Assembly (NCBI GenBank): GCA_964579475.1
Contig: CAZOFP010000002.1
Coordinates: forward strand, 8,507 to 59,691
Source of the DNA: an uncultured Candidatus Saccharibacteria bacterium
GTDB taxonomy: Bacteria > Patescibacteriota > Saccharimonadia > Saccharimonadales > CAYOYH01
Reading direction: 5' to 3'
Length of the DNA stretch: 51,185 nucleotides
The position numbers and the translations under genes were made by a program. Shown here piece after piece: positions 30,224-39,549 of the stretch; positions within the stretch are counted from its first letter, which is position 1, and every line of letters starts with the position of its first letter. A model generated the notes under the pieces. The model searched no databases and was not told the DNA's origin. It saw nothing but the letters and a program-made list of their open reading frames with translations.

Positions 30224-31435
30224 TCACCTGGTGAGCTCAGCTATCGCAACTTCGAAAGCTGCTTCTTTATAGCTAATGTTCTCACTCTCAGATCGTCTGT
30301 GCATTTCGTTTACCGCGGAAATCATTATTCTTTCTAGTTTTTTATTTACACGATCTTCGTCCCAGGTCTCGTTTTGTTTATTTTGTAGCCACTCCAGATA
30401 CGACACCACAACACCGCCAGCGTTAGCAATAATATCTGGTATGACTGTCACGTGTTTACTCACCAAGTAATCGTGTGCCTTCTCGCTGACTGGTCCGTTA
30501 GCCAACTCCAGTACCATTCTAGCTTTAATATCTTTCATGTTGTCTTCGGTAATGGCATTATCTAGCGCTGCAAGAACCAAAATGTCTACATCGAGTGTTA
30601 AAAGCTCTGCATTGCTGATGACTTCAACTTCGCGCTTGCCTTCGCCATAAGCTGAAATCGCATTGCCGTGTCTCTTAACATCTAGCGCTCTGGCAATATT
30701 TATTCCGTTTTCCGGATCGTACACTGCCCCCTTCGAGTCGCTTACAGCTACAATCTTCAGTGGCGTATCGGTCTCGGCAATTTTAGAGAAGAAATAGCCA
30801 ACATTGCCAAAACCCTGTACAGCAACTGTAAGCTCATCGTCAGCTTTGCCACGTTTCTTTAGCACTTCCGTCAGTGCAATCACACCACCGCGTCCTGTGG
30901 CTGCCTCACGACCAAGGCTTCCACCTTTGCCAAGTGACTTGCCAGTGAACGAAGCCTTAGTGGTGTCGCCAGTAATTTGTTCGAACTCGTCTACCATCCA
31001 GTCCATTATCTGAGCTGTTGTATTCACATCTGGTGCTGGCACATCTTTATCTGGTCCGATATAGTCTGCCAAATGTCTAACGTATTTTCTGGATAATTCT
31101 TCGAGCTCTTCTTCGGTCAACTCTCTGGGATCGACTACCACCCCGCCTTTGCCGCCACCAAGAGGTATACCAACGGCTGCGGTTTTAAATGACATCAGAG
31201 TCGCCAATGCTCGTACTTCATCTAAATCTACATCTGGGTGAAAGCGAATTCCACCTTTGTGTGGCCCGCGCTTGTTGTTGTGCTGAACACGATAGCCTTT
31301 AAATTTCTTACCGTTTTCTAGTTCTATCTCAAATATGTGTTCGGCTTTGGTTTTGATAAGTTCTTCGATGGTTTTATCGTCTAATCCCATCTTTTCTGCA
31401 GCTCTACGAATAGTGTTCTGTGCAGTCTCTAACAT
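30224..31435 (-). CDS. gdhA: Glu/Leu/Phe/Val dehydrogenase (glutamate dehydrogenase)
   Basis: RVQH, KGGIRFHP, GGGKGG, PAPDV, QGFGNVG, ELANGP, NAGGVVVSYLEW; GGAGG RBS. Confidence 0.93.
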   Translation of the reverse strand: MLETAQNTIRRAAEKMGLDDKTIEELIKTKAEHIFEIELENGKKFKGYRVQHNNKRGPHKGGIRFHPDVDLDEVRALATLMSFKTAAVGIPLGGGKGGVVVDPRELTEEELEELSRKYVRHLADYIGPDKDVPAPDVNTTAQIMDWMVDEFEQITGDTTKASFTGKSLGKGGSLGREAATGRGGVIALTEVLKKRGKADDELTVAVQGFGNVGYFFSKIAETDTPLKIVAVSDSKGAVYDPENGINIARALDVKRHGNAISAYGEGKREVEVISNAELLTLDVDILVLAALDNAITEDNMKDIKARMVLELANGPVSEKAHDYLVSKHVTVIPDIIANAGGVVVSYLEWLQNKQNETWDEDRVNKKLERIMISAVNEMHRRSESENISYKEAAFEVAIAELTR

Positions 31436-31562
31436 TTCATATCCTCCAGATTTTATAGGCAAAAATTATTATACACCCAGTTAAGTATAACTTGCGTTTC
31501 TTCTCTATTTTACAGGTAGCTCTGTCTATTTTCTGTAGCAAATTATATGATTAAAATATAAC

Positions 31563-32076
31563 TTATGTAGGTGGTAAAGTTGTATAGCTATCGTATATGC
31601 TTTTTGTGATAATTCTAAATTCATCAGGAATATGATCGATTCTTATCATATAAAATCTGTCGTGTGAGTCGACAAACTTACCTCGTCTTGCTAAAACTCG
31701 ATTGAAAGCTTCGCCGAACCCTACCCAAGTTTCGCCATTCAGCACTCGGTCAGCCCCCCCAAATCATTGCTATTCTCTTTAAGCCAAAAGCACCTCGATG
31801 GTATCCACCAGCCTCTCTGACGGGTTTGCTGTCATCAAAAATATTCCTCAATTGCTCCTTTATTGGTTCGTACGAGTAATCAAAGTCAAAAAATAGATTT
31901 GCTTTCAATTCTCTCGCATTATTTATTGCCATGTTTGCTTGATTGATTATTCTTCTATCACCCTCTCCGGCATCATCCTTAAAGCTGGTAATAGAGCTGC
32001 GAAGTTGTTCGGCGAAAAACGCCAGTTTGGGTTCATCTTCTGGAGATCCTAGTTCCCCGAGTTGCACCTGAGACAT
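31563..32076 (-). pseudogene. Hypothetical gene split by a 1-nt frameshift in a G7 tract (ORFs 31750-32076 and 31563-31745)
   Basis: ATT TGG GGG GGC TGA; removing one G gives ATT TGG GGG GCT GAC CGA GTG CTG..., fusing both ORFs into ~170 aa. Confidence 0.55.
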
Positions 32077-32103
32077 AGCAAATTACTTTCAAATTAATTT
32101 GTA

Positions 32104-32628
32104 TCAATTAGCGTCTATTCCTTCGTACAAAATCCCACCTTCTGTGATCCTGCCAGAGATTCTAAGAAGTTCAATTTCTGCTTCTTTGAGAATGAAACAC
32201 TCTAGTCCGCTTTTCAAATCTTCATACGTGATTGATTCATCAATAAACCTTTGGGTTAAATTCTCCATGACGCCGTCAATCTCGTCCGAAGTTAAAGTAA
32301 CTTTTGAATCAACATCTTCGGGTGAAGAGATAACTGTAGATGATCGAAAAATATTGCTTAATTTACTCTGTAAATAGCTAGTTTCCTTCTTGTCGCCAAG
32401 CTCAATAGGGAACATACCATAATACTGTTCATAACCTGTTGCGATTTTAAATAATCGGGATTGAAATCTCACACCCGCATAAATATTGATTAAATCAACA
32501 ATATCCTTGCGTTCGTCCAGGTTTCTAATCTTAAAAAATGCCTCATTGAAAATATTCATCAATCCTTCTTGATGTTCTGCCTGATGAACAGAATCCAGTT
32601 TTTCATATTCACTTTTACTAATAGTCAT
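32104..32628 (-). CDS. Hypothetical protein
   Basis: 174-aa AT-rich ORF; no motif recognised. Confidence 0.7.
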   Translation of the reverse strand: MTISKSEYEKLDSVHQAEHQEGLMNIFNEAFFKIRNLDERKDIVDLINIYAGVRFQSRLFKIATGYEQYYGMFPIELGDKKETSYLQSKLSNIFRSSTVISSPEDVDSKVTLTSDEIDGVMENLTQRFIDESITYEDLKSGLECFILKEAEIELLRISGRITEGGILYEGIDAN

Positions 32629-32679
32629 AACCGCGCGAAAGCATACCCTTTTTACTGTAGTTATGCAAGCATAAGCAAG

Positions 32680-34377
32680 CTACATTTTGTGGGGAATTTC
32701 TATTCCTAAGAGTCCTAGTGCATGTCCAAAATTCGATTTTAGCAAATACAGCAACTTCAATCGAGCCTCCCGTTCGGCCCCTTCTGATTTGCTAATTGAA
32801 ACGTTCTCGTAGTACTTACTAAACTCTTTGGCCAAATCATACGAATACTGCGCAATCTTATGTGGTTCATATTCTCTAGCTGCATCCTGAACTATTTTTG
32901 GATACTGAGCCAGCAGATTAAGTAGTGGTGCCTCCACTTCCCAGTCGTATTCATCTTCGCCGTCAAAGGGAACTTCAACTACTTCGAGTTTTGAGAGAAT
33001 AGAGTTGATACGAACCGCTGCGTACTGAACATAGGGCCCACAGAACCCTTGTAAATTAAACATCCTGTCCCAGTCAAAAAGTATATTCGTTCGTCTAGAC
33101 TGCGCGAAGTCCGCAAATTTTATCGCTCCGAGGGCAATCTTGCTTATATCTTCACCTGAAACACCTTCACCCTGAATCTTTTCCCTGGCTACAACCTCCG
33201 CCTTGTTTAGGAGATTTTCAAGTAACGCCGTGTTCTTTCTAGAACTCATTTTAGCTCGCTTACCACTCTCGTCGAGTTCGTCTATCGTTCCGAACCATGG
33301 ATGAGACAGCTTCATCGTGTACCCAAGTTTATCCGCCAAAGCAAAAACTTGTTTGAAATGAAATTGTTGTTCGGCGCCGACTGAATAAATAATTTCCTCT
33401 GGATTCCAAGTTTCTTTGCGGTGCTTGATTGTCTGAATATCGGTCGTCGCATAGAGTAATGAACCGTCGCTTTTTTGCAACAAAATTGGTGTTTCAATTC
33501 CATAATCGTCTAGCTGAACAATTACTGAACCGTCCTCTTGGGCTATGGCTACACCCGACTCAACTAATTCATCAATCAACTGTTTTGCCTCTGTTATATA
33601 GAAAGATTCACCAAGGTTTTCGTCTGGAGTAATTTTGAGTCGAGCAAGAACAGTGTTCATATGCTCAAGTGAAATCTTAGTAAAGCGTTCTTTGTATCCG
33701 ACAGCTTGTTCGTCACCTTCTTCGAGCTTCTTGAGCCAGGCTTTTGCTTCGTCCAGTAACGATTCGTCTTTTCTGAGTTCTTCTCGAAATTTAACATATA
33801 GGCGTCCTAGCTCGTACGCTCCGTCTTTTTCTAGCGCCTCGTCATTGCCCCATTTTTCAAAACCAACCACCCACATTCCGAAGGGTGTTCCCCAATCCCC
33901 CAGGTGGCTGTCGCCAATCACCGTATAACCAAGTGCTTTATACAAATTTATCAGAGCTGCACCCTGAACAGTTGGCCGCAGGTGGCCAACACTAAACGGC
34001 TTGGATAAGTTCAGGCCAATGTAATCAACAATGATTGTCTTATCTGTGCCCTCATCTGTTTCTCCGTAATTTTCACTCTTTTTTAAATCCTCGGCTAAAC
34101 CTTTTGCTGTGACACTTGGTTTTAACCAAATATTTAAATAGCCCAAGGTTGTTTCTGTTTTTACAATTGCTTCGTGTTCGATGGCACTCTGAGCGTCCTT
34201 GGCAATTTCCTGTGGTGACTTGGCTAGTTTTGAAGCTAGGGCATAAAAAGGCATAGCCAGGTCTGCTCCAAACTTCGGATTCGCTTTCTCTATACTCAAT
34301 TCTTCGGGCTCAACACCTAAATGTGTAGCCACTGACTTTGCCAGCTCATCCTCAACTCTTTGTAGAAAATATTTCAT
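32680..34377 (-). CDS. argS: Arginine--tRNA ligase
   Basis: NLSKPFSVGHLR, HLGDWG, KSDGSLLYATTD, KMSSRK, GPYVQYA, LGLLGIEIPHKM; start refined to 34377. Confidence 0.96.
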   Translation of the reverse strand: MKYFLQRVEDELAKSVATHLGVEPEELSIEKANPKFGADLAMPFYALASKLAKSPQEIAKDAQSAIEHEAIVKTETTLGYLNIWLKPSVTAKGLAEDLKKSENYGETDEGTDKTIIVDYIGLNLSKPFSVGHLRPTVQGAALINLYKALGYTVIGDSHLGDWGTPFGMWVVGFEKWGNDEALEKDGAYELGRLYVKFREELRKDESLLDEAKAWLKKLEEGDEQAVGYKERFTKISLEHMNTVLARLKITPDENLGESFYITEAKQLIDELVESGVAIAQEDGSVIVQLDDYGIETPILLQKSDGSLLYATTDIQTIKHRKETWNPEEIIYSVGAEQQFHFKQVFALADKLGYTMKLSHPWFGTIDELDESGKRAKMSSRKNTALLENLLNKAEVVAREKIQGEGVSGEDISKIALGAIKFADFAQSRRTNILFDWDRMFNLQGFCGPYVQYAAVRINSILSKLEVVEVPFDGEDEYDWEVEAPLLNLLAQYPKIVQDAAREYEPHKIAQYSYDLAKEFSKYYENVSISKSEGAEREARLKLLYLLKSNFGHALGLLGIEIPHKM

Positions 34378-34560
34378 TAACCATAAGTTTAGCTGGTTTA
34401 ACTGTTGCCTACAATTGGCCAACCACCTCTCTGTCTGTACTTTGTTGTGAACCACTGTCAAGTCAACAACTCTTTTGTGTTGCTTCTCCGATAGACAACA
34501 AAACAACGCCCTCAAGAGAAATTTGACTTATTTACGAATTTGTGTTACTTTCTATTTATA

Positions 34561-35607
34561 ATGACCGAGCTCATACCACGACAACTAGGGGATCCTATCT
34601 TTGACGAATACCCTGTCTCGCACGAAAAATTGGTCAGGAAAATGGATAGAATTGTAGAATTCACAGCACATTATGAAGATACATCAGGAAAACAAACAAT
34701 ATCGACCGCCTTCGTGCCTGGCGATGGTGTCAGTAAAGAAACTATCATAATTAATGTTCCATGGAGTGATTCGGCACATAGGGATTTCAACAAGCTAAGG
34801 CATGCTGCGCTAGCTGAACACACCGGTGCTGATGTAATTCTGATTGGATTTCCTGGTTATGATGAAGGTGTAGAGAATGGTCTTACCTCCTTACAGATAG
34901 AGGATCTTCAAAGAAAAGATGGTCACAGTTTTTCAGAAGTAGGTAAAGCACTAGCTAGCGCGGGGAAACAAATCTCCGATATCAAAGAAATTGGAGGCAT
35001 AAATTATTGGAACGACCGTCAAGTGACTGTCGCAGGTTGTTCCCAGGGAGCTTCTTCTCAAATGGGAATGCTAAAGCATCTAGATAAAATAATTGCCGAG
35101 AGGGTTTCAGACCTGTACATATGGGAGTCAGCCGACGCACTAAAAAAACAAGCTAAACCTATATTGGTAGGAAAATTTATCATAGATTCTCTATCAGCAG
35201 GAAGCTACTTCAAGGAAAATGAGCTAGTTTTTGGTCAGGAAAATGCTAGAAAACTTGGAATTCACGACAAAGGATTTGAAGGCGTAAAAGAACTTAAAGA
35301 CATGTTGGCAGCCAAGAAAGAATACTTACTTCATGGTGCAGCAGATGCAATCGCAGGATCAACAATAGTCCGTGATATAAAAGACGTCTATGACGAAGGG
35401 CGTTTACACGATGTACGTATTCACGTTATCCAGGGTGAGAAGGGGGTGGTGAGCCCCACGAGACAAAACCAGAAACTTCTGAAGATACTTATGAGTCAGG
35501 CCAAAGAAACAGGTGAAAAAATACATGTTATCCGCAAGGGCGATAAGCACCCGCACCAAGAGTCGTTTCCACGGTACACTTCAACAGTTGAAGAACTTAA
35601 AAAGTAA
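34561..35607 (+). CDS. Hypothetical protein, possible alpha/beta-hydrolase fold
   Basis: VILIGFPG, GCSQG nucleophile-elbow motif, HVIQG, C-terminal His. Confidence 0.6.
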   Translation: MTELIPRQLGDPIFDEYPVSHEKLVRKMDRIVEFTAHYEDTSGKQTISTAFVPGDGVSKETIIINVPWSDSAHRDFNKLRHAALAEHTGADVILIGFPGYDEGVENGLTSLQIEDLQRKDGHSFSEVGKALASAGKQISDIKEIGGINYWNDRQVTVAGCSQGASSQMGMLKHLDKIIAERVSDLYIWESADALKKQAKPILVGKFIIDSLSAGSYFKENELVFGQENARKLGIHDKGFEGVKELKDMLAAKKEYLLHGAADAIAGSTIVRDIKDVYDEGRLHDVRIHVIQGEKGVVSPTRQNQKLLKILMSQAKETGEKIHVIRKGDKHPHQESFPRYTSTVEELKK

Positions 35608-35708
35608 TTTATATTGCCGTAGAAACAAGTCCTCAATTTAACTACGATTTAATAAAATTATAAATGCGACTATCAAGACGAATAAGCTTCATAAGATTGT
35701 TTTGGAGG

Positions 35709-36131
35709 TTAAACTAAAATAAACGGATAGAGGCCAATGTCGCCACCACCGGTAAAGACGATGATCACCGCCATCAAAAACAACATCAAATCGTATTCCC
35801 AGCCACCCTTAGAGGCCCAGAATGGACTTTTCCATTTGAAAATATGGAATGACATCGAACCAATCATAAGTAACGCCAGACCTGCGGCTGCAGGTTGAGT
35901 TAAAACGCCGAATATCAACGCCAACCCGCCGGTAAGTTCTGCAAATGTTAGACCCCAGGCTACCGGTATTGGCAGTCCGTCGTTTTTAGCAAACTTAGGT
36001 ATGTTCTTTAGCTTAATTCGGGCTTCATTGACAAATATCAGTCCAACAAAAAGCCTCAGAATATACAGAGGGACGTCTTGGTTCTCTGTCAGTGTTACGA
36101 AAAAGTTACTTATTGTCTCTAGCACCGCCAA
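35709..36131 (-). CDS. DoxX family membrane protein
   Basis: LRLFVG, AELTGGLALIFG, GGWEYDL, GGG. Confidence 0.9.
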   Translation of the reverse strand: MAVLETISNFFVTLTENQDVPLYILRLFVGLIFVNEARIKLKNIPKFAKNDGLPIPVAWGLTFAELTGGLALIFGVLTQPAAAGLALLMIGSMSFHIFKWKSPFWASKGGWEYDLMLFLMAVIIVFTGGGDIGLYPFILV

Positions 36132-36172
36132 CCTTCTTTCGTTTAACTAGATTGTACCATTCAGTCGCTTGC

Positions 36173-36661
36173 CTACCTTGTTATTAGTGCTTGAGCAGTT
36201 TCGTCCCAGCACTCCGGCACCATACTTATTGGGAAATTGTATGGTTCGATATCACTACACATAACTGTTCCGTTGCCGTCTGCGACTACAACCCATTTAC
36301 TATCAACCTTTGCAGCCAACCACCAGCCACCGCCAATATCTCCCGTGAATTTAACCGAACCTTTGGCATGCTCGTCTGTTTTCTCGTCTATACTCAGCTC
36401 CACTTCGTTTTCGTTTCTTGAATGTCGCAATGCTAGCGCTTTTGTTATTTGTCCTTCATCATCGACAACATCAGTAAGTGGTTCCGACATGTAAGTCTCT
36501 GTTGGTTTAGAACTATTCTCGTCGACCATTATCTGTTTTGATACTTCTGTGCTAACTGCATCACCAGTGTTGCTTTGTTGCCAAAGATATACACCTCCAC
36601 CGGATAACAACGCCACTAGTGCAAGCGACAAAACTACGATTACTATATTTTTCTTATCCAT
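36173..36661 (-). CDS. Hypothetical exported/membrane-anchored protein
   Basis: N-terminal TM, GGGWWLAAK..W..DGNG..C..C domain. Confidence 0.75.
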   Translation of the reverse strand: MDKKNIVIVVLSLALVALLSGGGVYLWQQSNTGDAVSTEVSKQIMVDENSSKPTETYMSEPLTDVVDDEGQITKALALRHSRNENEVELSIDEKTDEHAKGSVKFTGDIGGGWWLAAKVDSKWVVVADGNGTVMCSDIEPYNFPISMVPECWDETAQALITR

Positions 36662-36704
36662 GTTGAACCCCTCAGCTAATATAAGTTTGATTATACGCGT
36701 ATTG

Positions 36705-37427
36705 TCAAAATCTGAGATGACCTAAAATTACAGCTACTGAAGTAGCCAGGTTCAAACTAGACACACCTGGTTCCATGGGGATACCAGCGACAACGTCGGC
36801 TTGTAATTTTATTTTCTCAACTACACCGGCGCGTTCGCTTCCGAATACAAATATTGAGGTTACACCTAGTGTTGCGTCTGTGAATGATGCCCCTGAATCA
36901 TCGAAAACATAGACACTTTTGTTAAACGCTGTTGGCAACTCTTCTGTTTTAATAACAGGTAGCGCGAAGTTCAAACCCGCCGCTCCGCGGAGCACCCCTG
37001 GATTCCAAACATCTATAGTGCCGGAAGCAACGACCGCGCCCGCACCAAGCCCGGCACTAAGACGAATTATCGCCCCAACGTTTTCATGGTCTTTTGGGTT
37101 ATCCAGCCACACGATTGGTTTTGTGGTGTCAGTTATTATGTCTTCCGAATATGCCTTCCTCTTAGCTATGGCCAGGACTCCTGATCTAATAGCTATCGGC
37201 GAAGAAGCCAGATATTCACTCTCTGACACTTCGCGCACCAGTTCCTCTATGGCAGTTCGTTCTTTGGGCGCTAATCGGTCGCAAAGTTTAAGCAGTTTCG
37301 ACTTGTCTGGCGTAATCGCCTCGATTATTTCTGCCTTGAAACGAATAGCATGCTTGAGCACATGCAGACCCTCTAAAACCACCTGGTTTTGGTCTCTGCG
37401 AGCTGCTATATATTGTTGTGGATTCAT
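36705..37427 (-). CDS. TrmH/SpoU family RNA methyltransferase
   Basis: LEG, NVGAIIR, FGSERAG, IPM..SSLNLATS. Confidence 0.92.
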   Translation of the reverse strand: MNPQQYIAARRDQNQVVLEGLHVLKHAIRFKAEIIEAITPDKSKLLKLCDRLAPKERTAIEELVREVSESEYLASSPIAIRSGVLAIAKRKAYSEDIITDTTKPIVWLDNPKDHENVGAIIRLSAGLGAGAVVASGTIDVWNPGVLRGAAGLNFALPVIKTEELPTAFNKSVYVFDDSGASFTDATLGVTSIFVFGSERAGVVEKIKLQADVVAGIPMEPGVSSLNLATSVAVILGHLRF

Positions 37428-37579
37428 CCAAAGTGCACGGATTGGTCATTCTCGCGTGCTGGTTCTGGTGTGGTATTTGCCTGATTAATTCTATATACCG
37501 CGAACCCGATGATAAACACTGCCACTGTAATCATGATTACAATCATTAGGATAAAGCCGCTCTGTTCGTTATTTCTCAT
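37424..37579 (-). CDS. 51-aa pilin-like peptide with class III signal (MRNNEQSG|FILMIVIMITVAVFIIGFAVYRINQ...)
   Basis: Below the track cutoff; Q-S-G|F cleavage-type motif then ~20 hydrophobic residues; stop overlaps the trmH start (ATGA). Confidence 0.7.
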   Translation of the reverse strand: MRNNEQSGFILMIVIMITVAVFIIGFAVYRINQANTTPEPARENDQSVHFG

Positions 37580-37600
37580 CGTGTTTATGTTACCAAAAAG

Positions 37601-38092
37601 TTAGGTTCTTCGCTCGTATATTCTAAATACATAGTCGCATGGATTATCTTCATCACTTTTATGTTTTTCTTCACTGGTTATTTCCCACTCGTTCTCGTCT
37701 ATTTCTGGAAAGAACACATCTGCTTCAAAATTTTCATCGATTAGCGTTATGTACAGTTTGTCTGCATAGTCAATCATCAGATGAAACACTCCGCCGCCAC
37801 CCGTAATCATCAAATCGTCTTCACCCTTACCAAGTTCTAGCACCTCTTCGAGTGAGTGTACCTGCCCTATGCCTTCTGGTAACTCCATTCTCTGCCTAGA
37901 AAGCACGAGGACGTTAGCCTTAGAGCGTGCGTGGTCTTGCTGCGCAAACGTTTTCGTACCTAAAACAATTGTTTTACCAGAAATAAGACCAGAATAGTGT
38001 CGAATGTCGCTTTTCATACTCTTACCCCACGGTAAACGCCCTTTAAAGCCAATGGCGTTGTTTCTGCCCATTGCCGCTACCATGCTTATCAC
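37601..38092 (-). CDS. folA: Dihydrofolate reductase
   Basis: ISMVAAMGRNNAIG, LPW, D27, GGGGVF, LYITLI, ADVFFP. Confidence 0.93.
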   Translation of the reverse strand: MISMVAAMGRNNAIGFKGRLPWGKSMKSDIRHYSGLISGKTIVLGTKTFAQQDHARSKANVLVLSRQRMELPEGIGQVHSLEEVLELGKGEDDLMITGGGGVFHLMIDYADKLYITLIDENFEADVFFPEIDENEWEITSEEKHKSDEDNPCDYVFRIYERRT

Positions 38093-38898
38093 TGTTTGGC
38101 CTCTTTAGTTGCATAGAGTAAAATCGGCTCTATGTCGTGATATAGCTTCAGCAGGAGTTTTTCGATATATTCTTCTGGATTATCTTGTTTCTGTAAGTGT
38201 GAATAGCCAAACCTTGCACCTGGCGCACTCCAGGTAGATTGCCATTTGCCACCTTCAGGCAGCTTCTTTGCGAGCATTTCTGGTGGAGTCGGCCAAGCAT
38301 AGAAATACAAATACGGTTCGTCCTCGGCTATCCCCGGCGAAAACCCAAAGTTCATGTGTGGGTCTTTCGTTTCATCGTGTCCATTCTTGAACCAAAGGAA
38401 AGACAAATCAAAACCGTGAGGCCACAGAGCTACCGCAGTCTTGTAGCCATTCATATGCCCCTGAGCTCGTGCTAAAACTGTGGATATACGATGCTGCACC
38501 TGAGCGTAGTTTTTTGCAATCTCGGGGTTAATATCAAAGGTTGTGGTTTCGGTTATCTTTTCACGGTCGGGCACAATATTACAATTGCTGTCGTCTAGAA
38601 GTTTGAACACTTTGTCGGACAAAGAGACTTGGTTCTCGCCTTCTAGGCCCACTGTAAAGACAAGTTCTCCATCTTTTTCATACCGAATCTCAGCTTTCAC
38701 ATAATCTAGTTGGAGTTCTCCATCAAAAGTTAGCTCACCAGTAGACGCGCCGTAAGGTCGCGAATGAACACTGTACTGAATTTTGTTTGGCAGTGGCGCA
38801 CAGCCAGCAAACCTCGCCGAGCGGAGCGGCTGCATAGCCTCGCGAAGAGATTCTAGAGTACGTCTCGAATTCGTGAGATTAGGTAGCTTCTTATTCAT
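38089..38898 (-). CDS. Hypothetical protein, DUF5996-like
   Basis: LWPHGFDL, FGFSPG, EPYLYFYAWP motifs recalled for that family; start refined. Confidence 0.65.
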   Translation of the reverse strand: MNKKLPNLTNSRRTLESLREAMQPLRSARFAGCAPLPNKIQYSVHSRPYGASTGELTFDGELQLDYVKAEIRYEKDGELVFTVGLEGENQVSLSDKVFKLLDDSNCNIVPDREKITETTTFDINPEIAKNYAQVQHRISTVLARAQGHMNGYKTAVALWPHGFDLSFLWFKNGHDETKDPHMNFGFSPGIAEDEPYLYFYAWPTPPEMLAKKLPEGGKWQSTWSAPGARFGYSHLQKQDNPEEYIEKLLLKLYHDIEPILLYATKEAKQ

Positions 38899-38939
38899 GT
38901 GTTTAAGTATACGCTTAAACATTTAATTTAGCAAGACAC

Positions 38940-39107
38940 TGGCGGAAGGAGAGGGGTGTCGGCTTCGCCTCTTCCGCTCGTTCGTTCTCGGAGTAAACTC
39001 CTGCGAGCTCAGTCGCTCCACCGAACCCCGCCGCTTCGCGGCAACGGGTTCAAATACCACCCAACAGCCAGAATTGAAGAACGACCCCATGGGTCGCTTC
39101 ACAATTC
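38940..39107 (-). mobile_element. ~168-bp tRNA-3'-associated element ending in a duplicated tRNA-Ser 3' end
   Basis: tggcggaaggagaggg at 38940-38955 repeats 39108-39123; internal hairpins; shares 24/26 nt with 39238-39263. Confidence 0.6.
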
Positions 39108-39199
39108 TGGCGGAAGGAGAGGGATTCGAACCCTCGGTACGTATTGCTACGCACACACGCTTTCCAAGCGTGCCTCTTCGGCCACTCGAGCATCCTTCC
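39108..39199 (-). tRNA. tRNA-Ser(GGA), intact, CCA encoded
   Basis: GGAAGGA/TCCTTCC acceptor stem, cacgc-TTGGAAA-gcgtg anticodon arm, long variable arm, GAGGG-TTCGAAT-CCCTC T arm, GCCA end. Confidence 0.96.
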
Positions 39200-39237
39200 G
39201 TGTGAACAATAATACGGGTTATCATGAATTATTAACA

Positions 39238-39393
39238 GAGAGGGATATCGGCTTCGCCTCTTCACTTCGCTCCTCGCAAAGTAAATACAAACACTTTCTT
39301 TACTTCAAGGGTTCGTTCATCGAACCCTTGAAGCGATTTGCACCGCTTACACCCTTTCCAAGGGTGCTCCTTCAGCCACTCGGACACCTCTCC
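39238..39393 (-). pseudogene. Second tRNA-Ser(GGA) interrupted in the T-loop (tRNA part 39319-39393)
   Basis: GGAGAGG..CCGAGTGGCTGAAGG, caccc-TTGGAAA-gggtg, variable arm, AAGGG-TTCGA, then foreign sequence; no CCTCTCC acceptor 3' strand. Confidence 0.8.
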
Positions 39394-39485
39394 AGCTCAG
39401 GTAATTATACCTGAGAGGTTCTGGGCGCATAGTAAAACAAAACTAGTAGACTATGTTCATGTGGTGTATTCGTATTAGAAAGTGA

Positions 39486-39540
39486 AAAACCCGCCCCGTC
39501 TAGTTGGTTGCAACCGTAAGGTTGCACTAGATGGGCGGGT
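39486..39540 (-). terminator. Intrinsic terminator after the FAD-dependent oxidoreductase gene
   Basis: acccgccc-atctagt..tgcaacc-ttac-ggttgca..actagac-gggcgggt followed by TTTT. Confidence 0.75.
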
Positions 39541-39549
39541 ATACTCACA

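Noticed and set aside
34378-34520. T-box leader upstream of argS (AGAGAGGTGGTT on the - strand, some hairpins)
   Set aside because: Lacks the GGTGG-N-ACC core, a specifier stem and a terminator.
39238-39393. Intron-containing but functional tRNA-Ser
   Set aside because: Removing the insert does not restore the CCTCTCC acceptor 3' strand.
38923-39414. ORFs 38923..39225, 38956..39414 and 39050..39265
   Set aside because: They overlap tRNA-Ser and its associated elements; spurious translations.
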